Shown here: positions 17,315 through 27,032 of the stretch, in pieces
Layout of the letters: each line of letters starts with the position of its first letter
Numbering within the stretch: the stretch's first letter is position 1
DNA from: a virus
Taxonomy: Duplodnaviria > Caudoviricetes
Virus record (IMG/VR): IMGVR_UViG_3300037067_026718
Coordinates: 64,001 to 128,000 of that record
Reading direction: 5' to 3' (one strand)
DNA: 64,000 bases
Notes under the pieces: generated by a model
Told to the model about the DNA's origin: nothing
Seen by the model: only the letters and a program-made list of their open reading frames with translations
Databases searched by the model: none
Translations under genes and position numbers: made by a program

Positions 17315-17622
17315 GCCTGGCCTCTGTTCGAGAATTGTTTGATCCCCCACCGATAGATAAAAGAAGAGGACGCCCCCCAGGCTACAACCAGAAGAGAAGC
17401 CTGACTCCATATGATTACGCCTTCATTGAAGTACATGCTCCATGCGCAGAACACAGGAACTGCAACGAAGAATGGTATGAATGCCAGAAAGATCTCCCTG
17501 ATCTTCCTGCCGCTGATCTTGAAGAAAGTGCTTTTGATCCCTTCGACCACGGCGCCTACAATGAAGGCACCGAAAATCATGAAAGCCTGATTACCCAGAG
17601 TGAAGAACTCGCTTATGTTCAT
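17311..17622 (-). CDS. Holin-like 3-TM protein
   Basis: Three hydrophobic segments, about 100 aa, near the M15 peptidase. Confidence 0.65.
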   Translation of the reverse strand: MNISEFFTLGNQAFMIFGAFIVGAVVEGIKSTFFKISGRKIREIFLAFIPFFVAVPVFCAWSMYFNEGVIIWSQASLLVVAWGASSSFIYRWGIKQFSNRGQA

Positions 17623-17639
17623 TTGGTACCTCCTCCCTT

Positions 17640-17667
17640 ATTTTACTCGAAACCGTCATAAGCGCAA
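17640..17667 (-). promoter_or_regulatory. Class I promoter TTGCGC-16-TAAAAT
   Basis: Intergenic; preceded by a GGGGGGA/TCCCCCC hairpin at about 17670-17687. Confidence 0.55.
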
Positions 17668-17693
17668 GAGGGGGGATCGCTCCCCCCCACCTG

Positions 17694-18092
17694 CTATTCC
17701 TCTTCGCCGCCGGAAAGCAGCATTGCCAACAGAGCTGGATTCTTCATGAAAGCCAACATTGCTGTTTCCTGAAGGTCACGCTGTGGATCGTCCAGTGGTC
17801 TGGCTTGCGGCTCAAGAGCATGGACCCGCGAAGGAACGCCTGGCATGAATCCTTGCATGATGACTTTCAGGATTTGAGGCAAAAACGACACCATAGCCGC
17901 ATCGCTGTTGGTCTCGCTTTTCTCCGGTTTCATGGCAGCTATGTCCACTGCTAAAGCCTCGATGTCATTATAACAGGCACTGCAGCCAGAATCCACCTTA
18001 CCGATTCGAACGGAGTTCGAGTAAGAAAGGACCAAAGCCAGGGCCCCGAGGACGAAACCGAGAGCTCCCAATACCAATGCCAGTGTTAGCAT
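17694..18092 (-). CDS. N-terminal TM protein
   Basis: Hydrophobic N-terminus; AAGGAG RBS. Confidence 0.6.
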   Translation of the reverse strand: MLTLALVLGALGFVLGALALVLSYSNSVRIGKVDSGCSACYNDIEALAVDIAAMKPEKSETNSDAAMVSFLPQILKVIMQGFMPGVPSRVHALEPQARPLDDPQRDLQETAMLAFMKNPALLAMLLSGGEEE

Positions 18093-18122
18093 TATTGTCT
18101 CCTTTTCTTGCTTATTGCGCTG

Positions 18123-18584
18123 CTACCAGCGTCTGTTGGGGGGAGTATCACAGATGTCGACGTGAACAAATGTGGGGTAAGTCTTCGTGCCTCCGCTGTA
18201 CTTTCGTATCACCCGGTCTACGATTTGACCGAGTTTTTCGTTTGTCATGAACTTCTTGTCAACCTGGATGTCGGCAGCCTTGCCCAGAACATGCTGGCTC
18301 TGAGTTGCTCCGTTCTTGGCGTTGTGGATCCTGCAGCGGTATCCGCTGTTGATCCTTATGGGTACATCGACCTTGGCTTCCTTGCAGACTTCTGCACGGA
18401 TCTCTTCCAAAACCTCGATGAGCTTGGGCTCAACGAAGGCTTTGTTGCCGCAGCAGTCGCGGCCTTTGCACTTGAACTCGGTGGAACGGAAATGTGGGCT
18501 GTACCTGCGTACAATGGTCGAGCTCATCCTGGCAGCTCTGTCGGCGTCTTCATTCCAACCCATGGGTGGAACTCCCTTCTTCAT
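18123..18584 (-). CDS. Peptidase M15A (Zn D-Ala-D-Ala peptidase fold); probable endolysin
   Basis: SPHF..TEFKC, INSGYRC..HN, SQHVLGKAADI, FVHVD. Confidence 0.9.
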   Translation of the reverse strand: MKKGVPPMGWNEDADRAARMSSTIVRRYSPHFRSTEFKCKGRDCCGNKAFVEPKLIEVLEEIRAEVCKEAKVDVPIRINSGYRCRIHNAKNGATQSQHVLGKAADIQVDKKFMTNEKLGQIVDRVIRKYSGGTKTYPTFVHVDICDTPPNRRW

Positions 18585-18942
18585 CCGTTTTCATGCGTTC
18601 TACAGTACCGGGGGCAGTTGATGCTTTCCTTGCTTTGTTTTTTGCTTCTGCTATTTCGATAGCCCTGTCCCTCAGGGGAATATGGTGGTTCTTGTTTGCA
18701 GGATCAAAGGCTAATTTCTGCTTGAAGGGTCGTAATTCTGTCAAGGCTTTGGTCATGGTTCTCATGTTTCTGGATTCATGTGCGGCTGTGATCCTGGCCA
18801 TCATCCTGTCGAGAGTACGATCGTCGGGGAAGTGGTACTTGGCCCCAAGATAAGAAATGGTTTTCAGCTTCTTGACCATGCGGGGTGATGCCGTAACAGT
18901 CAAGTAAGCTTCGTCCTGGCTAACAAGGGATCTTTTGGACAT
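18550..18942 (-). CDS. Hypothetical basic protein
   Basis: Operon packing. Confidence 0.55.
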   Translation of the reverse strand: MSKRSLVSQDEAYLTVTASPRMVKKLKTISYLGAKYHFPDDRTLDRMMARITAAHESRNMRTMTKALTELRPFKQKLAFDPANKNHHIPLRDRAIEIAEAKNKARKASTAPGTVERMKTDEEGSSTHGLE

Positions 18943-19924
18943 CTTCGTTCCTTTCTTTTATTTCTTCTTTTATCGGGTATAAATATAATGGACCAAGAAT
19001 CACCTTGGGCCTCATACAGAAGGAGAACATCATGATGGATCCTAGCCTGGAAGACACCGACTTCGGTTTTGATACCGAAGAAATAGAGGACTTCTGGGAC
19101 TCAGAAAGCTCAGAATCCCAGTAAGCGCCGCGTCTTTTGGGGGGGTCTTGTGCCGCAAGGCCCTCCCTCACCCTCGATTCGGCCTTGCCCAGGATCTGTC
19201 TGATTCTTTCTCTGGACAGATTGAGAACATGGCCTATCTCTCGTAAAGTGTGCCTGTGGCACTGCAGACCATGGCGCCGACAAAACACATCTTTTTCCCT
19301 GGCCGGAAGACCAGATACGATCGCCATGATTTTGTCCATCATGATCCCATCGGCTATCTCGTCTTCTCCGGACTGACATGAAACCACTTCATCGTTGTAT
19401 TCCTCGTACTGCAGACAGCTCACCGCGCTGTTGATCCTATTCATGTCGAGATTGAGGTCCGCTGCCAAGCCAAGGTAGTCTACATCCTCCATGGTTCTCT
19501 GCATGAGTTCAGCACTGAGCTGCCTGACAAAATCGATCTGGTAGAGAGTCCCGGGAGGAACATAAGCACAGGTGCTGGTAGTCCTGATGTACTTGTTGAT
19601 CCTCTGCTTTGCCCATTTTTTGGCGTACGTAGCAAACTTCGTGCCTCTGTCCGGGTCGAAACGGGACGCTGCTTCATAGTACCCGTCGATACCGCAGGAT
19701 ATGATGTCTTCAAAACAAATCGGAGGCTTGATGTAGTACTCCTGAGCGCAGGCGATGAAAAGGTATCTGAGATTGGCCATGACCAGTTTATTTTTAGCTT
19801 CAGCCACATCGTTGGGATTGTCTGAGGACTGAATGATGACTCCCAGCCGATGTTCTTCTTCCCTCGTTATGGGAACGGCTTCCGCAAGCATTCCTCTGTA
19901 ACTGTCAGGGATGAATGGCTTCAT
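18920..19924 (-). CDS. Sigma-70 family factor (RpoD/RpoS/RpoH-like)
   Basis: ITREEEHRL (region 1.2), LVMANLR, RFDPDRGTKFATYAKKW (region 2), TLREIGHVLNLSRERIRQI (region 4.2). Confidence 0.92.
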   Translation of the reverse strand: MKPFIPDSYRGMLAEAVPITREEEHRLGVIIQSSDNPNDVAEAKNKLVMANLRYLFIACAQEYYIKPPICFEDIISCGIDGYYEAASRFDPDRGTKFATYAKKWAKQRINKYIRTTSTCAYVPPGTLYQIDFVRQLSAELMQRTMEDVDYLGLAADLNLDMNRINSAVSCLQYEEYNDEVVSCQSGEDEIADGIMMDKIMAIVSGLPAREKDVFCRRHGLQCHRHTLREIGHVLNLSRERIRQILGKAESRVREGLAAQDPPKRRGAYWDSELSESQKSSISSVSKPKSVSSRLGSIMMFSFCMRPKVILGPLYLYPIKEEIKERNEDVQKIPC

Positions 19925-20346
19925 ACACTACCCGGCCTGGCCAAGTCGTCAGGGTCATACTCGCCATCAAATTCACTGGCGACATCATTGTCGATGGCTG
20001 TTTGCAAATGGCTTTTGGATTGTGCAATTATTTCCTGCTTCATCTTTTCACTGGCTGCCTGTACGTCAGTATCAGTTTCAGCTTCTTCTTTGTCGTCTTC
20101 TACCCATTCCCATTTATAGTAGAAAACTATGATGTTGCAGGTAAGCTGGTTCTGGTTGGACTGCCATTTGTTTTCAATGTTCTCAATGCCTATTAAGCCT
20201 TGTTCGCTTTCATTCATTAACTCCGCATATCGCATTCTGTCAGCAAGCTCCTGCATATCTAAGAATGCAGGGGGCTGATGGACCTTGACCCTTTTCATCT
20301 TGGCCAAGGTGTTGACTGATTTTCTTAGTTCTTGGCTGGTTTTCAT
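19921..20346 (-). CDS. Hypothetical protein
   Basis: Coupled to the portal and sigma genes. Confidence 0.65.
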   Translation of the reverse strand: MKTSQELRKSVNTLAKMKRVKVHQPPAFLDMQELADRMRYAELMNESEQGLIGIENIENKWQSNQNQLTCNIIVFYYKWEWVEDDKEEAETDTDVQAASEKMKQEIIAQSKSHLQTAIDNDVASEFDGEYDPDDLARPGSV

Positions 20347-20349
20347 TGT

Positions 20350-22452
20350 TTATCCCATTCCTTCTCTACGTGGAGGGAGGACATCCGGCATAGGCTGAGT
20401 GCCATCATTATTCGCTTGCTGCGGACTGTTCTGGGCTCCTTCACCAGGGTTGATACCGACCCCCTGGGCTCGAAGGGCGCTGACAATTGCGTTGTATGTT
20501 TCTTGGTCATACTGATGAACGTGGTTGAGGAATGCTGTTCTTTCCTGATCTTCCATGCTTGAGAGCAAGCCGGTAATGAAGCTGATTCTGTCCTCCCCCT
20601 GAAGGGATGGCTGCCCAACCCCTCCGGCTTCCATCGAAGAGAACAGGAACCGGTCTTTCTGACCTCTGTTCAAGGATGTCTGAGCATTGGCCTGTTCCCT
20701 CATGAGGAAGGTATCGGTAGCCCTCTGGGACTTCGCAATGGCCGCCTGCCTGGCCATGAACTGGTTGACAGCGATGTTGTGCTGGAGGATGATGCTTGCA
20801 GCAATTTCAGGGGGGATCCCTTTTTGCGTATACGACTCAAACAGAGAAAGAGTCTTGTCTTTGCTGACGCGAAGCATGTCATCGGCATCTGAAGCTGCGC
20901 TGCTGGACATCATGCCTTGTATCTTGATATTGGCATCAGCCTGTGACTTGGCTGCTATGTCCTGAACGGCGGCCGATACCTGGGCTTGCCATATCTGGTA
21001 TTCCTTCATGCCAGCGCGTTCTTTGACGGGATCCAGGCCCAACGTCTTGCAGTAGGTGTCATGGCAAAAGGCTCCGTTTCGGAATCCTTCCGAGACCTGA
21101 TTTTTGTACATGACATCGTCTACACGCCTGAATTCCTTGAACGCCAGGGTATGCTTGGGGATGGCAGTTCCCATGTATTCCTGCAGCAGGCTGGAGAAAA
21201 ACTTGCAGGCCTGATTGTATCCGTTATAGGTTTCGATCCATGAGTTTTCAACAATGCGCATAGCCGCGGTGCTGCCGGCATAGTGCGCAGAGCCGTTGAA
21301 GAGCCCTCGAGGAGATCCCATGGCCAACATGGCTTCTTCGGTGTTGTACTGTATCTGAGCCGTCGGGAAAAGCATGTTGCCACGGCCCAAAGCCTGTTCA
21401 ACTCCGATGGGTATGTTCGAAATGACGAAGTGTGATGGATTCTTGACCCATTTTTTTAGCTCGCCAAACAATTCGTCGCGGAACTTGTTCAGCAAGATGG
21501 ACCCCTTGCTTAGATTTTCGTCACCTGCAAGCCTGGGGAAAAACATCGGTAGAGGAACGGTATGCTGTATCGCTATGGCTTCGGTTGCTTTCTCCAGCAG
21601 CAAATTGTTGTAGAGCTGGTTGAAAGGCTTGAGACCGCCCGGCTCGGGCCAAGGCATATCGACCTGGGTCGGATCCTCTATTCTGATGATGAACAGGTTG
21701 TCATTGTCCAGCAGCAAGGAGTTGCCGGTCATGGCCGCCTTGAGGTAATCCAAGGAGCTTCTCTTGATGTACCATTTGTCACCGCGCTTTATGCGTCTGG
21801 TAGCCTTTTCCGAAGGAGTATACCAACATACGTAATCGCCGGTGATCTCATGGGTCTTCATATCGACCCTGGTAGGATCGAAGTGAGATATCCGAACATT
21901 TTTGAAAGTAGCCGATACTTCTTCCGATGCGCTGAACGATACCTTCTTCTCTTTGCATTTCGGACAGGTACCGGTAAAGATGAGTTCCTTTTTCTTGCAC
22001 TCCATCTTCCAACTGTCGTCATCCATCGACTCGAGTGCGCTGGTTTCTCCGCACTTGCTACATTTAAGGCTAATGGCAGGGCATATCCAGAGGTATGCAA
22101 ATGCGATATTGAAAAGATGGAGGTCTATGCCTATCCTTTTGATGGACGGTATCAGCTTCAGCGCTTCGTAGTCTTTCTTCAGCTTGTCGATTTTCTGAGA
22201 TCTGGCCTCCGGAGCAAGCTTGGCATCTTCTTCAGCAAGTTCGATCTCTATCTCCGTAAGAGGATATGTAGCTTTCTGTTGTATGATATAACGGAGTGTA
22301 CCGTTCCGCTTGTAAAGCCATCGAGCAACAAGTTGCTTTTCCTTCCTTGAAACCGGTCTCTCCATTTCGGACCGGAGTCCGACAAAGGGAGAAGGCGCCG
22401 GCACACTGGCATAGTTAGAGACGGGACTACCGGAATAGATGGGATCACTCAT
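20350..22452 (-). CDS. Portal protein with a Zn-ribbon insertion
   Basis: 700 aa; helical portal-like pattern (AMLAMGSPRGLFNG..YAG), CSKC/CPKC insert, Gln-rich tail. Confidence 0.65.
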   Translation of the reverse strand: MSDPIYSGSPVSNYASVPAPSPFVGLRSEMERPVSRKEKQLVARWLYKRNGTLRYIIQQKATYPLTEIEIELAEEDAKLAPEARSQKIDKLKKDYEALKLIPSIKRIGIDLHLFNIAFAYLWICPAISLKCSKCGETSALESMDDDSWKMECKKKELIFTGTCPKCKEKKVSFSASEEVSATFKNVRISHFDPTRVDMKTHEITGDYVCWYTPSEKATRRIKRGDKWYIKRSSLDYLKAAMTGNSLLLDNDNLFIIRIEDPTQVDMPWPEPGGLKPFNQLYNNLLLEKATEAIAIQHTVPLPMFFPRLAGDENLSKGSILLNKFRDELFGELKKWVKNPSHFVISNIPIGVEQALGRGNMLFPTAQIQYNTEEAMLAMGSPRGLFNGSAHYAGSTAAMRIVENSWIETYNGYNQACKFFSSLLQEYMGTAIPKHTLAFKEFRRVDDVMYKNQVSEGFRNGAFCHDTYCKTLGLDPVKERAGMKEYQIWQAQVSAAVQDIAAKSQADANIKIQGMMSSSAASDADDMLRVSKDKTLSLFESYTQKGIPPEIAASIILQHNIAVNQFMARQAAIAKSQRATDTFLMREQANAQTSLNRGQKDRFLFSSMEAGGVGQPSLQGEDRISFITGLLSSMEDQERTAFLNHVHQYDQETYNAIVSALRAQGVGINPGEGAQNSPQQANNDGTQPMPDVLPPRREGMG

Positions 22453-23038
22453 GGCTTCGCCTTTCCACGTACTCCTCTATCATAAGAAGACGCTCAGTAT
22501 GCTGGTATTCTTCGGTTTCCAGATCTCCAGACCGGTAACTGTCGTATGAAAGTTTCAAGGCTTCCTGGATCACAGATGCTTCAGGACCCTGCCGGCTGTA
22601 GAGTATCTTCGAAAGGTATGGCTCGGCTATGTCACGCAGCTTGCCTTCGGGCAGCCAGTAGATGCCATGCTTGAAAAAGACCGCGGCGACCATGGCCTTC
22701 ACGCTGCCGGAAAACTCCTGCTCCCCGGCTATCTCTTCCATGACATGGACTCCCCAGGCTATCTGCATGGGGGTACAGTAATTGGGGTTTTCCGTTGTGA
22801 TGTCGGAACCATTGAGGGCCTTTACCGTTGCCAGGAAAACATTCCAGTCCTGCCATGCTGTATCAGCCTTGAGAGCCGACCTGACAGCCATGATGCAATC
22901 CCTCTCGGATTGCGATAAGGAAGAGTTCGTATCGGTTTCTATGGCTTCCCAGAGAACGACAGGGTCCCATATCAACCAGTCGGGGCCGTATCTGTCATTG
23001 AGCTCGGAAGCCATGGAAACCGGAGTTGATGGCATCAA
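22445..23038 (-). CDS. Hypothetical protein next to the portal
   Basis: Coupled on both sides. Confidence 0.7.
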   Translation of the reverse strand: MMPSTPVSMASELNDRYGPDWLIWDPVVLWEAIETDTNSSLSQSERDCIMAVRSALKADTAWQDWNVFLATVKALNGSDITTENPNYCTPMQIAWGVHVMEEIAGEQEFSGSVKAMVAAVFFKHGIYWLPEGKLRDIAEPYLSKILYSRQGPEASVIQEALKLSYDSYRSGDLETEEYQHTERLLMIEEYVERRSHE

Positions 23039-24144
23039 ACATCACCCTTCATCAACGCCAGGACGAGCTGCTTGTGCGCAGCGGGGAGTTCATCGAAACC
23101 GGCCTTGGGATCCTGTTCAAGCCTCGCAACGTTGCTGTCACCAATGTACTTGCGTATTACGTCGCTCTTGCTGTTCACAGTGGAACGAACGGTATCGACG
23201 GGATAGTCTATGCCCCCCATGGCCACAACCTCTTCGGCTTTCTTGCGCATGGGCTCAGTTACATGGCTGATGACGGCATCCAGAGGAGGAAGAAGCTCTT
23301 TGCTCCATCTGAAATCGAGGCGGCTGAGTCGGTCCAGCTTGTCTACTGCGGTGGCAACGGCCCGGGGATCTGATGCCGATGCAGTTTTGACGAGCTCATG
23401 ATATGCGTTTTTGAACCGGTCGCTTCCGGCCATGGCAGCCCTTTTGGCCATCTGAGATTCGAAGACTTCACTGAACTCTGTGCCGAGGATCCTCCGCGAC
23501 ACATGGTCGTCGGGGATTTCTACTCCGACATCGGACGCTCTTTTGATGATGTTGCCGGCCATCTGGACCGCATATCCAAACGCCATGATGGAAGCTTCCT
23601 TTTCGAGCTTGCGCATGGCTTCCCTGAGCTCACGCTCGGTGTCGATCGGAACGGAAAGAAATGGGGCTCCGGTAAGATCTTCGTTGATGGCGTAGCATTT
23701 GTGCGAAGCCACCTTTTCCATAGAAAGATAATGGCTTCTTTCGTCTTCCCTGGTGATGGTGTAGTAGGGGCTTCTGTAGTCAGGGCACTCGGAGGCCAGC
23801 TTGGAGATTTCATCAGGAACGACTACTGCATACCTCTGGCATGCCTTGGCGATCCCTGCCGCTGCGTGTCGCTGCATGGCGATGGGCAGCTTATCATGGT
23901 TCTCAAGAAAAGCCATCTTCGCCATCTGAGTGTTGGATAATGAATTGAGAAAGAACTTCCTGACGAGGCTGCCGGTCTTGCTCAACACGACAATAGCGAA
24001 GTCGGTATCCTTGCCTCTTCGCATGTCTTCATCGGAGTAGAATGAATCGTGGTAATGAGCCGCTACCTTCTCCATTTCGCCTTTGGGCGTAACTCCTGCA
24101 TCAACCATGTCGTACTGGTCGAGCACCAATGTCTTGATATTCAT
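23035..24144 (-). CDS. K-x-A-rich putative inner-head/scaffold-associated protein
   Basis: Ten K-x-A motifs (MEKVAA, MEKVAS, LEKEAS, IIKRAS, LVKTAS...). Confidence 0.75.
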   Translation of the reverse strand: MNIKTLVLDQYDMVDAGVTPKGEMEKVAAHYHDSFYSDEDMRRGKDTDFAIVVLSKTGSLVRKFFLNSLSNTQMAKMAFLENHDKLPIAMQRHAAAGIAKACQRYAVVVPDEISKLASECPDYRSPYYTITREDERSHYLSMEKVASHKCYAINEDLTGAPFLSVPIDTERELREAMRKLEKEASIMAFGYAVQMAGNIIKRASDVGVEIPDDHVSRRILGTEFSEVFESQMAKRAAMAGSDRFKNAYHELVKTASASDPRAVATAVDKLDRLSRLDFRWSKELLPPLDAVISHVTEPMRKKAEEVVAMGGIDYPVDTVRSTVNSKSDVIRKYIGDSNVARLEQDPKAGFDELPAAHKQLVLALMKGDV

Positions 24145-24152
24145 ACTACTCC

Positions 24153-24734
24153 CTAGCTTCTTACGATCAAATGATCAGACCTGCTGTTTTCAGTTAGAAC
24201 GTCTGCTCCTATTGGTTGATTTATAATAGCCCTAAGGGTGTAGAGACCGAGGGGCCATGCATCTGTTTCAAGTACAGGAGTGGTGAAATGTCCTCTTTCG
24301 GCATCAACCGAAGTCAGGTCTTCGTCGATCACCATCTCCTGTGCAGTATCGCTGAAACCCAGGAGGGTTACATCGCTCTGAGCTGTCGTCTGAGCATCGG
24401 GAGTATAGGAGGCCCCGGAATCCATGCCTAAAAGTTCTTCTCCTACTTCCGATTCACCGCTGATGTCAATCAGATAGATGTCACTATCTGCTCCGGCTTC
24501 TACGAAGTACCCGTAGTAATCTGTTTCGGCCTGGTACACTCTTTCGCCGGGAATGAATGTTCCGACAACAACGCCTCCTGTGTAATGTCTGATTACATTA
24601 CTCAGATCCAAAGGCGCCCCATCCTGGTCTTTGACGTACACTGATATTTTAATTTTGTCACCCAGTGTTATGACGGGTTTGTCAGTAGCTATTGAAATCA
24701 ACTCAGCCTCCTCAGTCGAAGGAGAATATCTCAC
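24153..24734 (-). CDS. Ig-like virion protein
   Basis: GDKIKISVYVKDQDGAPLDLS...GLYTLRA. Confidence 0.55.
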   Translation of the reverse strand: MRYSPSTEEAELISIATDKPVITLGDKIKISVYVKDQDGAPLDLSNVIRHYTGGVVVGTFIPGERVYQAETDYYGYFVEAGADSDIYLIDISGESEVGEELLGMDSGASYTPDAQTTAQSDVTLLGFSDTAQEMVIDEDLTSVDAERGHFTTPVLETDAWPLGLYTLRAIINQPIGADVLTENSRSDHLIVRS

Positions 24735-25383
24735 TTGTTAAGAGAGCAAACAAGCCGTGGTCACCCTTGAAATCGGTGCCGTAATGAATACCCAATCTCA
24801 AGTTGGTATGCTCCGGGAAAAGGTCGAAATTCAACCCTACTCCAGCGGTCACTTCACTGAATGGATCTTCGTAAGGAGTCATGGCAGAAGCTGCGATATG
24901 AGGATTGAACCCTCTGATCCCAAACAGATCGTTGAAGTAAACAAACTCGAGCGTCCCGGCATATCCCCCAGTGGAAGCCCCCAGTGTTCCGTTGAACTCC
25001 CAACCGGTCCAGCGCTTCATCATGATAAACTGGCCTTGTCCGTCTGGCTTGAGATACCATGGACCGTGATAGGGCAGATCATAAGAAAAGTAGGAAAGCT
25101 GGTTGGTGCTGGGCTCGTAGTAACTTATCACCATCGTATCGTCCGATACCTGCGCTCCGGCAGTAATGATCGTGCCTACCTCTACATCCTCAGGCTTGTC
25201 AATCGTGCCGAGAGGCTTTGGCTTGACCTCTGTAAGCCAGAAACCGGAAGGGATGGTCGGAACGCTGCTGCCTGGAATAGCGAGGTTGATGATGGAATCT
25301 GCCGCACAGGACGCACGAAGGACAACGACCACGACCAATGCAGCCAGAATGATCCCACAGATGCCGGCGATCTTGTTTGCCAT
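24712..25383 (-). CDS. Membrane protein with an N-terminal anchor and a C-terminal beta-barrel-like region (spanin candidate)
   Basis: TM/signal segment ending in ASC; amphipathic Gly/aromatic strands ending EIFSFD. Confidence 0.5.
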   Translation of the reverse strand: MANKIAGICGIILAALVVVVVLRASCAADSIINLAIPGSSVPTIPSGFWLTEVKPKPLGTIDKPEDVEVGTIITAGAQVSDDTMVISYYEPSTNQLSYFSYDLPYHGPWYLKPDGQGQFIMMKRWTGWEFNGTLGASTGGYAGTLEFVYFNDLFGIRGFNPHIAASAMTPYEDPFSEVTAGVGLNFDLFPEHTNLRLGIHYGTDFKGDHGLFALLTSEIFSFD

Positions 25384-27032
25384 TACTCTTCCCTCGCAAT
25401 CATCAACTGGATTGTTCCAAAGAAGTCGCAGTGTTTGTTCAAAGCGAATAAAGCGCGGAAAACTACAGTGGAGCCGTTAGGCACTTCGATGTACTCACTG
25501 ACGTCGCCCGGGATCCATGAACTTTCGTAAGGAGAGGGTGGAGCTGCAGGGCAGTCTACATCCAGCACAATTCCGACAGGAGAGACGGAGACTACCTGGC
25601 CGCTATTGCTGAATCCGGCATCAGCAGCGTAGTTTGTCAGCAAAGCCCTGACGATATGCTCGGTCTTTCCGGATACATTCTTGTACTTGAACAGCGTTGC
25701 TTGAGTGCCGGCATTGTTGCAGAACCGGCAGGTCAAGTTGTCCGCTGAGAAGGCATCTCTCCCGAATGTCATTGTGAAGGTGTGGTTGCCCATGGACACC
25801 GCTGAAGGAGGAGTCAACGTCACGAGCTTAGTTTTTCTCTTCAATACGTTGTTCTGGGCATCAACCAGCCTGGCCGTAATGTGGATTTCCTCGGCTCCCA
25901 CCGGGGTAGGAATCAACTGTCTGATGGGGACGGACACAGTGCTGCTGGGATAGGACCTCATCGGTATTTCGTAATGAGGCTCACCGGCGGGATAGTCTTC
26001 GTCAGTAGATGCCCACAACTGAACGAACACGCCTCCCATATCGGCGGAGTAGTCAAAGTAAGGCCTCACCCAGATTGCATCCATGTCTTCGAATATCCCG
26101 CTGGCCAGATTTAGAGAAGGGGTGCCAGAGGCCGGAAAGCCTCCCACCACTTCTTCAGGCTCAGACCATGTTCCAAGGGTGCCTCGATAAAGGTCGACGT
26201 TTCTGGTGGTGACCGAATAAGCAATGCCCGGGAACATTCGAATGCTGTCATGGTGGTAGTCGCCTATTTCGCGCATAGGAAGCATCTGGGAAAGGCTGTG
26301 TGCTTGGCCGTTATTCATTCCGGCTTTGATGATCTTGAATGCCCTGAAGGGAGGAGTCGGCATCTGCATTACCGAAAGAGCCTGCAGGAACATAGGAGAC
26401 TTGGGTATGAACAGAAGTGTGTCATGAGAGCTTTTGCGCAGCATATCATGGAGAAGCTGGACTACCTCTATCTCCGGCTTGTTGGCCGGCATGGCTTCGG
26501 CAATGGACCATGCGTTGCTGTAACGCGGTCTGTTCATCTCGATCTGAGGCTCGCTCATCACCGCGGTATAGAGGAACCTCGCCAGAATCATTTCGGAGCC
26601 GTCCACCGCAAGGATGGCTTTGTTCCGGATGAACAGGGAAACGTAGTCGTCGACGAACAAGTACTCGTTGTCAGCCTTAAAGCGCTCGCTGAACTTCCCC
26701 TTGGTCTGCCTCATGGCTCGATATTTGAGGACCAAATAACGGTATCCAGGAGCTTGCTCGATTGGGATGCTGACTTCGTAGGGGCTGGCAATGAAAACCT
26801 CACTGTTGGGAAAAAATGCGTCTCCACACGTCACTACGAGATGCTGCTGAACGGTGCCCCCAGGACTCCTGACTTTCTCTGTCTCGACGACAAAGGATTC
26901 TTCCTTGACTCCGGGCCGCTCCGTAAGAAGCCTGCCGATGGATTTGGCAGTATTGCCCTGGGCGTGGTTCATCAACGCAAACGAGTCCTGCATGGAGATC
27001 TCTAGGCCGCTGTTGTGAAGGTACTTGTTCAC
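25383..27032 (-). CDS. Tail fibre/baseplate appendage paralogue 3
   Basis: GTG start at 27032 (GTGA overlap, GAGG RBS); N-terminus resembles the two upstream genes. Confidence 0.6.
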   Translation of the reverse strand: MNKYLHNSGLEISMQDSFALMNHAQGNTAKSIGRLLTERPGVKEESFVVETEKVRSPGGTVQQHLVVTCGDAFFPNSEVFIASPYEVSIPIEQAPGYRYLVLKYRAMRQTKGKFSERFKADNEYLFVDDYVSLFIRNKAILAVDGSEMILARFLYTAVMSEPQIEMNRPRYSNAWSIAEAMPANKPEIEVVQLLHDMLRKSSHDTLLFIPKSPMFLQALSVMQMPTPPFRAFKIIKAGMNNGQAHSLSQMLPMREIGDYHHDSIRMFPGIAYSVTTRNVDLYRGTLGTWSEPEEVVGGFPASGTPSLNLASGIFEDMDAIWVRPYFDYSADMGGVFVQLWASTDEDYPAGEPHYEIPMRSYPSSTVSVPIRQLIPTPVGAEEIHITARLVDAQNNVLKRKTKLVTLTPPSAVSMGNHTFTMTFGRDAFSADNLTCRFCNNAGTQATLFKYKNVSGKTEHIVRALLTNYAADAGFSNSGQVVSVSPVGIVLDVDCPAAPPSPYESSWIPGDVSEYIEVPNGSTVVFRALFALNKHCDFFGTIQLMIAREE

